From NCBI GenBank assembly GCA_964016885.1, contig OZ024745.1:2976001-3040000 (forward strand): DNA of 64,000 bases, written 5' to 3'. The notes below the pieces were generated by a model. It did no database searches and had not been told where the DNA came from. It saw only the letters and a program-made list of their open reading frames with translations. Position numbers and translations under genes: made by a program. Numbering within the stretch: the first letter of the stretch is position 1; each line of letters opens with the position of its first letter. Positions 43,001-57,094 of this stretch are shown in pieces. Origin of the DNA: Eledone cirrhosa (lineage: Eukaryota).

Positions 43001-44697
43001 GAACTGGTCAACAGAGGTGATTCTGGTCAGACTGCAGACTTGTTATTTAACTGGTCAACAGAGGTGATTCTTGTGAGACTGCAGACTTGTTATTGAACTG
43101 GTCAGTAGAGGTGATTCTGGTGAGACTGAGGACTTGTTATTGAACTGGTCAACAGAGGTGATTCTGGTGAGACTGTAGACTTGTTATTGAACTGGTCAAC
43201 GGAGGTGATTCTGGTGAGACTGAAGACTTGTTATTGAACTGGTCAGTAGAGGTGGTTCTGGTGAGACTGTAGACTTGCTATTGAACTGGTCAACAGAGGT
43301 GATTCTGGTGAGACTGCAGACTTGTTATTGAACTGGTCAACAGAGGTGATTCTGGTGAGACTGTAGACTTGTTATTGAACTGGTCAACAGAGGTGATTCT
43401 GGTGAGACTGCAGACTTGATATTGAACCGGTCAACAGAGGTGATTCTGGTGAGATTGCAGACTGGTTATTGAACTGGTCAGTAGAGGTGATTCTAGTGAG
43501 ACTGCAGACTTGTTATTGAACAGGTCAACAGAGGTGATTCTGGTGAGATTGTAGACTTGTTATTGAACTGGTCAACAGAGGTGATTCTGGTGAGACTGCA
43601 GACTTGTTATTGAACTGGTCAACACAGCTGATCCTGGTGAGACTGCAGACTTGTTATTGAACTGGTCAACAGAGGTGATTCTTGTGAGACTGCAGACTTG
43701 TTATTGAACTGGTCAACAGAGGTGATTCTGGTGAGACTGTAGACTTGTTATTGAACTGGTCAACAGAGGTGATTCTGGTCAGACTACAGACTTGTTATTT
43801 AACTGGTCAACAGAGGTGATTCTGGTGAGACTGCAGACTTGTTATTGAACTGGTCAGTAGAGGTGATTCTTGTGAGACTGAGGACTTGTTATTGAACTGG
43901 TCAACAGAGGTGATTCTGGTGAGACTGTAGACTTGTTATTGAACTGGTCAACAGAGGTCATTCTGGTGAGACTGCAGACGTGTTATTGAACTGGTCAACA
44001 GAGGTGATTCTGGTGAGACTGCAGACTTGTTATTGAACTGTTCAACAGAGGTGATTCTGGTGAGACTGTAGACTTGTTATTGAACTGGTCAACAGAGGTG
44101 ATTCTGGTGAGACTGAAGACTTGTTATTGAACTGGTCAGTAGAGGTGGTTCTGGTGAGACTGTAGACTTGCTATTGAACTGGTCAACAGAGGTGATTCTG
44201 GTGAGACTGCAGACTTGTTATTGATCTGGTCAACAGAGGTGATTCTGGTGAGACTGTAGACTTGTTATTGAACTGGTCAACAGGGGTGATTCTGGTGAGA
44301 CTGCAGAGTTGTTATTGAACTGGTCAGTAGAGGTGATTCTAGTGTGACTGCAGACTTGTTATTGAACTGGTCAACAGAGGTGATTCTGGTGAGACTGTAG
44401 ACTTGTTATTGAACTGGTCAACAGGGGTGATTCTGGTGAGACTGCAGAGTTGTTATTGAACTGGTCAACACAGCTGATCCTGGTGAGACTGCAGACTTGT
44501 TATTGAACTGGTCAACAGAGGTGATTCTGGTGAGACTGCAGACTTGCTATTGAACTGGTCAACAGAGGTGATTCTGGTGAGACTGCAGACTTGTTATTGA
44601 ACTGGTCAACAGAGGTGATTCTGGTGAGACTGTAGACTTGTTATTGAACTGGTCAACAGAGGTGATTCTGTTGAGACTGTAGACTTGTTATTGAACT

Positions 44698-47600
44698 GGT
44701 CAACAGAGGTGATTCTGGTGAGACTGAAGACTTGTTATTGAACTGGTCAACAGAGGTGATTCTGGTGAGACTGTAGACTTGTTATTGAACTGGTCAACAC
44801 AGCTGATCCTGGTGAGACTGCAGACTGGTTATTGAACTGGTCAACAGAGGTGCTTCTGGTAGGACTGCAGACTTGTTATTGAACTGGTCAACAGAGGTGA
44901 TTCTGGTGAGACTGTAGACTTGTTATTTAACTGGTCAACAGAGGTGATTCTGGTGAGATTGCAGACTTGTTATTGAACTGGTCAACAGATGTACTTCTGG
45001 TGAGACTGCAGACTTGTTATTGAACTGGTCAACAGAGGTGATTCTGGTGAGACTGCAGACTGGTTATTGAACTGGTCAACAGAGGTGATTCTGGTGAGAC
45101 TGCAGACTTGTTATTGAACTGGTCAACAGAGGTGATTCTGGTGAGACTGCACACTGGTTATTGAACTGGTCAACAGAGGTGATTCTGATGAGACTGCAGA
45201 CTTGTTATTGAACTGGTCAACAGAGGTGATTCTGGTGAGACTGCACACTTGTTATTGAACTGGTGAACAGAGGTGATTCTGGTGAGACTGTAGACTTCTT
45301 ATTGAACTGGTCAGTAGAGGTGATTCTGGTGAGACTGTAGACTTGTTATTGAACTGGTCAACAGAGGGGATTCTGGTGAGACTGAAGACTTGTTATTGAA
45401 CTGGTCAGTAGAGGTGATTCTAGTGAGACTGTAGACTTGTTATTGAACTGGTCAGTAGAGGTGATTCTGGTGAAACTGAAAACTTGTTATTGAACTGGTC
45501 AGTAGAGGTGATTCTGGTGAGACTGTAGACATGTTATTGAACTGGTCAACAGAGGTGATTCTGGTGAGACTGCAGACTTGTTATTGAACTGGTCAGTAGA
45601 GGTGATTCTGGTGAGACTGTAGACATGTTATTGAACTGGTCAACAGAGGGGATTCTGGTGAGAATGTAGACTTGTTATTGAACTGGTCAACAGAGGGGAT
45701 TCTGGTGAGACTGAAGACTTGTTATTGAACTGGTCAACAGAGGTGATTCTGGTGAGACTGCAGACTTGTTATTGAACTGGTCAACAGAGGTGATTCTGCT
45801 GAGACTGTAGACTTGTTATTGAACTGGTCAACAGAGGTGATTCTGGTGAGACTGTAGACTTGTTATTGAACTGGTCAGTAGATGTGATTCTGGTGAGACT
45901 GAAGACTTGTTATTGTACTGGTCAACAGAGGTGATTCTGGTGAGACTGAAGACTTGTTATTGAACTGGTCAACAGAGGTGATTCTGGTGAGACTGCAGAC
46001 TTGTTACTGAACTGGTCAGTAGAGGTGATTCTGGTGAGACTGTAGACTTGTTATTGAACTGGTCAACAGAGGTGATTCTGGTGAGACTGTAGACTTGTTA
46101 TTTAACTGGTCAACAAAGGTGATTCTGGTAAGACTGCAGACTTGTTATTGAACTGGTCAGTAGAGGTGATTCTGGTGAGACTGAGGACTTGTTATTGAAC
46201 TGGTCAACAGAGGTGATTCTGGTGAGACTGTAGACTTGTTATTGAACTGGTCAACAGAGGTGATTCTGGTCAGACTGCAGACTTGTTATTTAACTGGTCA
46301 ACAGAGGTGATTCTGGTGAGACTGCAGACTTGTTATTGAACTGGTCAGTAGAGGTGATTCTGGTGAGACTGAGGACTTGTTATTGAACTGGTCAACAGAG
46401 GTGATTCTGGTGAGACTGTAGACTTGTTATTGAACTGGTCAACAGAGGTCATTCTGGTGAGACTGAAGACTTGTTATTGAACTGGTCAACAGAGGTGATT
46501 CTGGTGAGACTGAAGACTTGTTATTGAACTGGTCAACAGAGGTGATTCTGGTGAGACTGTAGACTTGTTATTAAACTGGTCAACACAGCTGATCCTGGTG
46601 AGACTGCAGACTGGTTATTGAACTGGTCAACAGAGGTGCTTCTGGTAGGACTGCAGACTTGTTATTGAACTGGTCAACAGAGGTGATTCTGGTGAGACTG
46701 TAGACTTGTTATTTAACTGGTCAACAGAGGTGATTCTGGTGAGATTGCTGACTTGTTATTGAACTGGTCAACAGATGTACTTCTGGTGAGACTGCAGACT
46801 TGTTATTGAACTGGTCAACAGAGGTGATTCTGGTGAGACTGCAGACTGGTTATTGAACTGGTCAACAGAGGTGATTCTGGTGAGACTGCAGACTTGTTAT
46901 TGAACTGGTCAACAGAGGTGATTCTGGTGAGACTGCACACTGGTTATTGAACTGGTCAACAGAGGTGATTCTGATGAGACTGCAGACTTGTTATTGAACT
47001 GGTCAACAGAGGTGATTCTGGTGAGACTGCACACTTGTTATTGAACTGGTGAACAGAGGTGATTCTGGTGAGACTGTAGACTTCTTATTGAACTGGTCAG
47101 TAGAGGTGATTCTGGTGAGACTGTAGACTTGTTATGGAACTGGTCAACAGAGGGGATTCTGGTGAGACTGAAGACTTGTTATTGAACTGGTCAGTAGAGG
47201 TGATTCTAGTGAGACTGTAGACTTGTTATTGAACTGGTCAGTAGAGGTGATTCTGGTGAAACTGAAAACTTGTTATTGAACTGGTCAGTAGAGGTGATTC
47301 TGGTGAGACTGTAGACATGTTATTGAACTGGTCAACAGAGGTGATTCTGGTGAGACTGCAGACTTGTTATTGAACTGGTCAGTAGAGGTGATTCTGGTGA
47401 GACTGTAGACATGTTATTGAACTGGTCAACAGAGGGGATTCTGGTGAGACTGTAGACTTGTTATTGAACTGGTCAACAGAGGGGATTCTGGTGAGACTGA
47501 AGACTTGTTATTGAACTGGTCAACAGAGGTGATTCTGGTGAGACTGCAGACTTGTTATTGAACTGGTCAACAGAGGTGATTCTGCTGAGACTGTAGACTT

Positions 47601-48250
47601 GTTATTGAACTGGTCAACAGAGGTGATTCTGGTGAGACTGTAGACTTGTTATTGAACTGGTCAGTAGATGTGATTCTGGTGAGACTGAAGACTTGTTATT
47701 GTACTGGTCAACAGAGGTGATTCTGGTGAGACTGAAGACTTGTTATTGAACTGGTCAACAGAGGTGATTCTGGTGAGACTGCAGACTTGTTACTGAACTG
47801 GTCAGTAGAGGTGATTCTGGTGAGACTGTAGACTTGTTATTGAACTGGTCAACAGAGGTGATTCTGGTGAGCCTGTAGACTTGTTATTTAACTGGTCAAC
47901 AAAGGTGATTCTGGTAAGACTGCAGACTTGTTATTGAACTGGTCAGTAGAGGTGATTCTGGTGAGACTGAGGACTTGTTATTGAACTGGTCAACAGAGGT
48001 GATTCTGGTGAGACTGTAGACTTGTTATTGAACTGGTCAACAGAGGTGATTCTGGTCAGACTGCAGACTTGTTATTTAACTGGTCAACAGAGGTGATTCT
48101 GGTGAGACTGCAGACTTGTTATTGAACTGGTCAGTAGAGGTGATTCTGGTGAGACTGAGGACTTGTTATTGAACTGGTCAACAGAGGTGATTCTGGTGAG
48201 ACTGTAGACTTGTTATTGAACTGGTCAACAGAGGTCATTCTGGTGAGACT
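44698..48250. repeat. Tandem duplication of a 38-monomer (1786-bp) higher-order unit
   Basis: Offset 1786 for GTGCTTCTGGTAGG 44853/46639, GGTGAACAG 45262/47048, GTAAG 46130/47916 and GTCATT 46450/48236. Confidence 0.9.
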
Positions 48251-51200
48251 GCAGACTTGTTATTGAACTGGTCAACAGAGGTGATTCTGGTGAGACTGCA
48301 GACTTGTTATTGAACTGTTCAACAGAGGTGATTCTGGTGAGACTGTAGACTTGTTATTGAACTGGTCAGTAGAGGTGGTTCTGGTGAGACTGTAGACTTG
48401 CTATTGAACTGGTCAACAGAGGTGATTCTGGTGAGACTGCAGACTTGTTATTGATCTGGTCAACAGAGGTGATTCTGGTGAGACTGTAGACTTGTTATTG
48501 AACTGGTCAACAGAGGTGATTCTGGTGAGACTGCAGACTTGTTATTGAACTGGTCAACAGAGGTGATTCTGGTGAGACTGCAGACTTGTTATTGAACTGG
48601 TCAACAGAGGTGATTGTGGTGAGACTGTAGACTTGTTATTGAACTGGTCAACAGAGGTGATTCTGTTGAGACTGTAGACTTGTTATTGAACTGGTCAACA
48701 GAGGTGATTCTGGTGAGACTGCAGACTTGATATTGAACTGGTCAACAGAGGTGATTCTGGTGAGATTGCAGACTGGTTATTGAACTGGTCAGTAGAGGTG
48801 ATTCTAGTGAGACTGCAGACTTGTTATTGAACAGGTCAACAGAGGTGATTCTGGTGAGATTGTAGACTTGTTTTTGAACTGGTCAACAGAGGTGATTCTG
48901 GTGAGACTGCAGACTTGTTATTGAACTGGTCAACACAGCTGATCCTGGTGAGACTGCAGACTTGTTATTGAACTGGTCAACAGAGGTGATTCTTGTGAGA
49001 CTGCAGACTTGTTATTGAACTGGTCAACAGAGGTGATTCTGGTGAGACTGTAGACTTGTTATTGAACTGGTCAACAGAGGTGATTCTGGTCAGACTGCAG
49101 ACTTGTTATTTAACTGGTCAACAGAGGTGATTCTGGTGAGACTGCAGACTTGTTATTGAACTGGTCAGTAGAGGTGATTCTTGTGAGACTGAGGACTTGT
49201 TATTGAACTGGTCAACAGAGGTGATTCTGGTGAGACTGTAGACTTGTTATTGAACTGGTCAACAGAGGTCATTCTGGTGAGACTGCAGACGTGTTATTGA
49301 ACTGGTCAACAGAGGTGATTCTGGTGAGACTGCAGACTTGTTATTGAACTGTTCAACAGAGGTGATTCTGGTGAGACTGTAGACTTGTTATTGAACTGGT
49401 CTACAGAGGTGATTCTGGTGAGACTGAAGACTTGTTATTGAACTGGTCAGTAGAGGTGGTTCTGGTGAGACTGTAGACTTGCTATTGAACTGGTCAACAG
49501 AGGTGATTCTGGTGAGACTGCAGACTTGTTATTGATCTGGTCAACAGAGGTGATTCTGGTGAGACTGTAGACTTGTTATTGAACTGGTCAACAGGGGTGA
49601 TTCTGGTGAGACTGCAGACTTGTTATTGAACTGGTCAGTAGAGGTGATTCTAGTGTGACTGCAGACTTGTTATTGAACTGGTCAACAGAGGTGATTCTGG
49701 TGAGACTGTAGACTTGTTATTGAACTGGTCAACAGGGGTGATTCTGGTGAGACTGCAGACTTGTTATTGAACTGGTCAACACAGCTGATCCTGGTGAGAC
49801 TGCAGACTTGTTATTGAACTGGTCAACAGAGGTGATTCTGGTGAGACTGCAGACTTGTTATTGAACTGGTCAACAGAGGTGATTCTGGTGAGACTGTAGA
49901 CTTGTTATTGAACTGGTCAACAGAGGTGATTCTGGTGAGACTGAAGACTTGTTATTGAACTGGTCAACAGAGGTGATTCTGGTGAGACTGAAGACTTGTT
50001 ATTGAACTGGTCAACAGAGGTGATTCTGGTGAGACTGTAGACTTGTTATTGAACTGGTCAACACAGCTGATCCTGGTGAGACTGCAGACTGGTTATTGAA
50101 CTGGTCAACAGAGGTGCTTCTGGTAGGACTGCAGACTTGTTATTGAACTGGTCAACAGAGGTGATTCTGGTGAGACTGTAGACTTGTTATTTAACTGGTC
50201 AACAGAGGTGATTCTGGTGAGATTGCTGACTTGTTATTGAACTGGTCAACAGATGTACTTCTGGTGAGACTGCAGACTTGTTATTGAACTGGTCAACAGA
50301 GGTGATTCTGGTGAGACTGCAGACTGGTTATTGAACTGGTCAACAGAGGTGATTCTGGTGAGACTGCAGACTTGTTATTGAACTGGTCAACAGAGGTGAT
50401 TCTGGTGAGACTGCACACTGGTTATTGAACTGGTCAATAGAGGTGATTCTGATGAGACTGCAGACTTGTTATTGAACTGGTCAACAGAGGTGATTCTGGT
50501 GAGACTGCACACTTGTTATTGAACTGGTGAACAGAGGTGATTCTGGTGAGACTGTAGACTTCTTATTGAACTGGTCAGTAGAGGTGATTCTGGTGAGACT
50601 GTAGACTTGTTATTGAACTGGTCAACAGAGGGGATTCTGGTGAGACTGAAGACTTGTTATTGAACTGGTCAGTAGAGGTGATTCTAGTGAGACTGTAGAC
50701 TTGTTATTGAACTGGTCAGTAGAGGTGATTCTGGTGAAACTGAAAACTTGTTATTGAACTGGTCAGTAGAGGTGATTCTGGTGAGACTGTAGACATGTTA
50801 TTGAACTGGTCAACAGAGGTGATTCTGGTGAGACTGCAGACTTGTTATTGAACTGGTCAGTAGAGGTGATTCTGGTGAGACTGTAGACATGTTATTGAAC
50901 TGGTCAACAGAGGGGATTCTGGTGAGACTGTAGACTTGTTATTGAACTGGTCAACAGAGGGGATTCTGGTGAGACTGAAGACTTGTTATTGAACTGGTCA
51001 ACACAGCTGATCCTGGTGAGACTGCAGACTTGTTATTGAACTGGTCAACAGAGGTGATTCTTGTGAGACTGCAGACTTGTTATTGAACTGGTCAACAGAG
51101 GTGATTCTGGTGAGACTGTAGACTTGTTATTGAACTGGTCAACAGAGGTGATTCTGGTCAGACTGCAGACTTGTTATTTAACTGGTCAACAGAGGTGATT

Positions 51201-54200
51201 CTGGTGAGACTGCAGACTTGTTATTGAACTGGTCAGTAGAGGTGATTCTTGTGAGACTGAGGACTTGTTATTGAACTGGTCAACAGAGGTGATTCTGGTG
51301 AGACTGTAGACTTGTTATTGAACTGGTCAACAGAGGTCATTCTGGTGAGACTGCAGACGTGTTATTGAACTGGTCAACAGAGGTGATTCTGGTGAGACTG
51401 CAGACTTGTTATTGAACTGTTCAACAGAGGTGATTCTGGTGAGACTGTAGACTTGTTATTGAACTGGTCAACAGAGGTGATTCTGGTGAGACTGAAGACT
51501 TGTTATTGAACTGGTCAGTAGAGGTGGTTCTGGTGAGACTGTAGACTTGCTATTGAACTGGTCAACAGAGGTGATTCTGGTGAGACTGCAGACTTGTTAT
51601 TGATCTGGTCAACAGAGGTGATTCTGGTGAGACTGTAGACTTGTTATTGAACTGGTCAACAGGGGTGATTCTGGTGAGACTGCAGACTTGTTATTGAACT
51701 GGTCAGTAGAGGTGATTCTAGTGTGACTGCAGACTTGTTATTGAACTGGTCAACAGAGGTGATTCTGGTGAGACTGTAGACTTGTTATTGAACTGGTCAA
51801 CAGGGGTGATTCTGGTGAGACTGCAGACTTGTTATTGAACTGGTCAAGACAGCTGATCCTGGTGAGACTGCAGACTTGTTATTGAACTGGTCAACAGAGG
51901 TGATTCTGGTGAGACTGCAGACTTGTTATTGAACTGGTCAACAGAGGTGATTCTGGTGAGACTGCAGACTTGTTATTGAACTGGTCAACAGAGGTGATTC
52001 TGGTGAGACTGTAGACTTGTTATTGAACTGGTCAACAGAGGTGATTCTGGTGAGACTGAAGACTTGTTATTGAACTGGTCAACAGAGGTGATTCTGGTGA
52101 GACTGAAGACTTGTTATTGAACTGGTCAACAGAGGTGATTCTGGTGAGACTGTAGACTTGTTATTGAACTGGTCAACACAGCTGATCCTGGTGAGACTGC
52201 AGACTGGTTATTGAACTGGTCAACAGAGGTGCTTCTGGTAGGACTGCAGACTTGTTATTGAACTGGTCAACAGAGGTGATTCTGGTGAGACTGTAGACTT
52301 GTTATTTAACTGGTCAACAGAGGTGATTCTGGTGAGATTGCTGACTTGTTATTGAACTGGTCAACAGATGTACTTCTGGTGAGACTGCAGACTTGTTATT
52401 GAACTGGTCAACAGAGGTGATTCTGGTGAGACTGCAGACTGGTTATTGAACTGGTCAACAGAGGTGATTCTGGTGAGACTGCAGACTTGTTATTGAACTG
52501 GTCAACAGAGGTGATTCTGGTGAGACTGCACACTGGTTATTGAACTGGTCAACAGAGGTGATTCTGATGAGACTGCAGACTTGTTATTGAACTGGTCAAC
52601 AGAGGTGATTCTGGTGAGACTGCACACTTGTTATTGAACTGGTGAACAGAGGTGATTCTGGTGAGACTGTAGACTTCTTATTGAACTGGTCAGTAGAGGT
52701 GATTCTGGTGAGACTGTAGACTTGTTATTGAACTGGTCAACAGAGGGGATTCTGGTGAGACTGAAGACTTGTTATTGAACTGGTCAGTAGAGGTGATTCT
52801 AGTGAGACTGTAGACTTGTTATTGAACTGGTCAGTAGAGGTGATTCTGGTGAAACTGAAAACTTGTTATTGAACTGGTCAGTAGAGGTGATTCTGGTGAG
52901 ACTGTAGACATGTTATTGAACTGGTCAACAGAGGTGATTCTGGTGAGACTGCAGACTTGTTATTGAACTGGTCAGTAGAGGTGATTCTGGTGAGACTGTA
53001 GACATGTTATTGAACTGGTCAACAGAGGGGATTCTGGTGAGACTGTAGACTTGTTATTGAACTGGTCAACAGAGGGGATTCTGGTGAGACTGAAGACTTG
53101 TTATTGAACTGGTCAACAGAGGTGATTCTGGTGAGACTGCAGACTTGTTATTGAACTGGTCAACAGAGGTGATTCTGCTGAGACTGTAGACTTGTTATTG
53201 AACTGGTCAACAGAGGTGATTCTGGTGAGACTGTAGACTTGTTATTGAACTGGTCAGTAGATGTGATTCTGGTGAGACTGAAGACTTGTTATTGTACTGG
53301 TCAACAGAGGTGATTCTGGTGAGACTGAAGACTTGTTATTGAACTGGTCAACAGAGGTGATTCTGGTGAGACTGCAGACTTGTTACTGAACTGGTCAGTA
53401 GAGGTGATTCTGGTGAGACTGTAGACTTGTTATTGAACTGGTCAACAGAGGTGATTCTGGTGAGACTGTAGACTTGTTATTTAACTGGTCAACAAAGGTG
53501 ATTCTGGTAAGACTGCAGACTTGTTATTGAACTGGTCAGTAGAGGTGATTCTGGTGAGACTGAGGACTTGTTATTGAACTGGTCAACAGAGGTGATTCTG
53601 GTGAGACTGTAGACTTGTTATTGAACTGGTCAACAGAGGTGATTCTGGTCAGACTGCAGACTTGTTATTGAACTGGTCAACAGAGGTGATTCTGGTGAGA
53701 CTGCAGACTTGTTATTGAACTGGTCAGTAGAGGTGATTCTGGTGAGACTGAGGACTTGTTATTGAACTGGTCAACAGAGGTGATTCTGGTGAGACTGTAG
53801 ACTTGTTATTGAACTGGTCAACAGAGGTCATTCTGGTGAGACTGCAGACTTGTTATTGAACTGGTCAACAGAGGTGATTCTGGTGAGACTGCAGACTTGT
53901 TATTGAACTGTTCAACAGAGGTGATTCTGGTGAGACTGTAGACTTGTTATTGAACTGGTCAGTAGAGGTGGTTCTGGTGAGACTGTAGACTTGCTATTGA
54001 ACTGGTCAACAGAGGTGATTCTGGTGAGACTGCAGACTTGTTATTGATCTGGTCAACAGAGGTCATTCTGGTGAGACTGTAGACTTGTTATTGAACTGGT
54101 CAACAGAGGTGATTCTGGTGAGACTGCAGACTTGTTATTGAACTGGTCAACAGAGGTGATTCTGGTGAGACTGCAGACTTGTTATTGAACTGGTCAACAG

Positions 54201-54249
54201 AGGTGATTGTGGTGAGACTGTTGACTTGTTATTGAACTGGTCAACAGAG

Positions 54250-56350
54250 GTGATTCTGTTGAGACTGTAGACTTGTTATTGAACTGGTCAACAGAGGTGA
54301 TTCTGGTGAGACTGAAGACTTGTTATTGAACTGGTCAAGAGAGGTGATTCTGGTGAGACTGAAGACTTGTTATTGAACTGGTCAACAGAGGTGATTCTGG
54401 TGAGACTGTAGACTTGATATTGAACTGGTCAACACAGCTGATCCTGGTGAGACTGCAGACTGGTTATTGAACTGGTCAACAGAGGTGCTTCTGGTAGGAC
54501 TGCAGACTTGTTATTGAACTGGTCAACAGAGGTGATTCTGGTGAGACTGTAGACTTGTTATTTAACTGGTCAACAGGGGTGATTCTGGTGAGATTGCAGA
54601 CTTGTTATTGAACTGGTCAACAGATGTACTTCTGGTGAGACTGCAGACTTGTTATTGAACTGGTCAACAGAGGTGATTCTGGTGAGACTGCAGACTGGTT
54701 ATTGAACTGGTCAACAGAGGTGATTCTGGTGAGACTGCAGACTTGTTATTGAACTGGTCAACAGAGGTGATTCTGGTGAGACTGCACACTGGTTATTGAA
54801 CTGGTCAACAGAGGTGATTCTGATGAGACTGCAGACTTGTTATTGAACTGGTCAACAGAGGTGATTCTGGTGAGACTGCACACTTGTTATTGAACTGGTG
54901 AACAGAGGTGATTCTGGTGAGACTGTAGACTTCTTATTGAACTGGTCAGTAGAGGTGATTCTGGTGAGACTGTAGACTTGTTATTGAACTGGTCAACAGA
55001 GGTGATTCTGGTGAGATTGCAGACTTGTTATTGAACTGGTCAGTAGAGGTGATTCTGGTGAGACTGTAGACATGTTATTGAACTGGTCAACAGAGGGGAT
55101 TCTGGTGAGACTGAAGACTTGTTATTGAACTGGTCAGTAGAGGTGATTCTAGTGAGACTGTAGACTTGTTATTGAACTGGTCAGTAGAGGTGATTCTGGT
55201 GAAACTGAAAACTTGTTATTGAACTGGTCAGTAGAGGTGATTCTGGTGAGACTGTAGACATGTTATTGAACTGGTCAACAGAGGTGATTCTGGTGAGACT
55301 GCAGACTTGTTATTGAACTGGTCAGTAGAGGTGATTCTGGTGAGACTGTAGACATGTTATTGAACTGGTCAACAGAGGGGATTCTGGTGAGACTGTAGAC
55401 TTGTTATTGAACTGGTCAACAGAGGGGATTCTGGTGAGACTGAAGACTTGTTATTGAACTGGTCAACAGAGGTGATTCTGGTGAGACTGCAGACTTGTTA
55501 TTGAACTGGTCAACAGAGGTGATTCTGCTGAGACTGTAGACTTGTTATTGAACTGGTCAACAGAGGTGATTCTGGTGAGACTGTAGACTTGTTATTGAAC
55601 TGGTCAGTAGATGTGATTCTGGTGAGACTGAAGACTTGTTATTGAACTGGTCAACAGAGGTGATTCTGGTGAGACTGAAGACTTGTTATTGAACTGGTCA
55701 ACAGAGGTGATTCTGGTGAGACTGCAGACTTGTTACTGAACTGGTCAGTAGAGGTGATTCTGGTGAGACTGTAGACTTGTTATTGAACTGGTCAACAGAG
55801 GTGATTCTGGTGAGACTGTAGACTTGTTATTGAACTGGTCAACATAGGTGATTCTGGTGAGATTGCAGACTTGTTATTGAACTTGTCAGTAGAGGTGATT
55901 CTGGTGAGACTGCAGACTTGTTATTGAACTGGTCAACAGAGGTGATTCTGGTGAGACTGTAGACTTGTTATTGAACTGGTCAACAGAGGTGATTCTGGTG
56001 AGATTGCAGACTTGTTATTGAACTGGGCAACAGAGGTGATTCTGGTGAGACTGCAGACTTGTTATTGAACTGGTCAGTAGAGGTGATTCTGGTGAGACTG
56101 TAGACATGTTATTGAACTGGTCAACAGAGGGGATTCTGGTGTGACTGAAGACTTGTTATTGAACTGGTCAGTAGAGGTGATTCTGGTGAGACTGAAGACT
56201 TGTTATTGAACTGGTCAGTAGAGGTGATTCTGGTGAGACTGTAGACATGTTATTGAACTGGTCAACAGGTGATTCTGGTGAGACTGCAGACTTGTTATTG
56301 AACTGGTCAGTAGAGGTGATTCTGGTGAGACTGTAGACATGTTATTGAAC
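54250..56350. repeat. ~2.1 kb block duplicated at ~59450-61500 (offset 5197, then 5150 bp); ends approximate
   Basis: GTGCTTCT 54488/59685 and GGTGAAC 54897/60094 (offset 5197). AACATAG 55845/60995 and the 2-bp-deleted monomer 56260/61410 (offset 5150, i.e. one monomer lost in the second copy). Confidence 0.85.
56260..56304. repeat. 45-bp monomer (2-bp AG deletion); second copy at 61410-61454
   Basis: GGTCAACAGGTGATT instead of GGTCAACAGAGGTGATT. The register shifts by 2 thereafter. The copy at 61410 reads GGTTAACAGGTGATT. Confidence 0.95.
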
Positions 56351-57056
56351 TGGTCAACAGAGGTGATTCTGGTGAGACTGCAGACTGGTTATTGAACTGG
56401 TCAACAGAGGTGATTCTGGTGAGACTGCAGACTTGTTATTGAACTGGTCAGTAGAGGTGATTCTAGTGAGACTGTAGACTTGTTATTGAACTGGTCAACA
56501 GAGGGGATTCTGGTGAGACTGAAGACTTGTTATTGAACTGATCAACAGAGGTGATTCTGGTGAGACTGCAGACTTGTTATTGAACTGGTCAACAGAGGTG
56601 ATTCTGGTGAGACTGTAGACTTGTTATTGAACTGGTCAACAGAGGTGATTCTGGTGAGACTGAAGACTTGTTATTGAACTGGTCAACAGAGGTGATTCTG
56701 GTGAGACTGCAGACTGGTTATTGAACTGGTCAACAGAGGTGATTCTGGTGAGACTGCAGACTTGTTATTGAACTGGTCAGTAGAGGTGATTCTGGTGAGA
56801 CTGCAGACTGGTTATTGAACTGGTCAACAGAGGTGATTCTGGTGAGACTGTAGACTTGTTATTGAACTGGTCAACAGAGGTGATTCTGGTGAGACTGTAG
56901 ACTTTTTATTGAACTGGTCAACAGAGGTGATTCTGGTGAGACTGCAGACTTGTTATTGAACTGGTCAGTAGAGGTGATTCTGGTGAGACTGTAGACTTGT
57001 TATTGAACTGGTCAGTACAGGTGAATCTGGTGAGACTGCAGACTTGTTATTGAACT

Positions 57057-57094
57057 GGTCATTAGAGGTGAGACTGCAGACTTGTTATTGAACT
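57057..57094. repeat. 38-bp monomer (9-bp deletion between the two GGTGA sub-repeats); copies at 58881-58918 and 62348-62385
   Basis: GGTCATTAGAGGTGAGACTGC lacks ATTCTGGTG. It is always preceded by a GGTCAGTACAGGTGAATCTGG monomer and followed by an ACTTTTTATT monomer. Confidence 0.95.
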
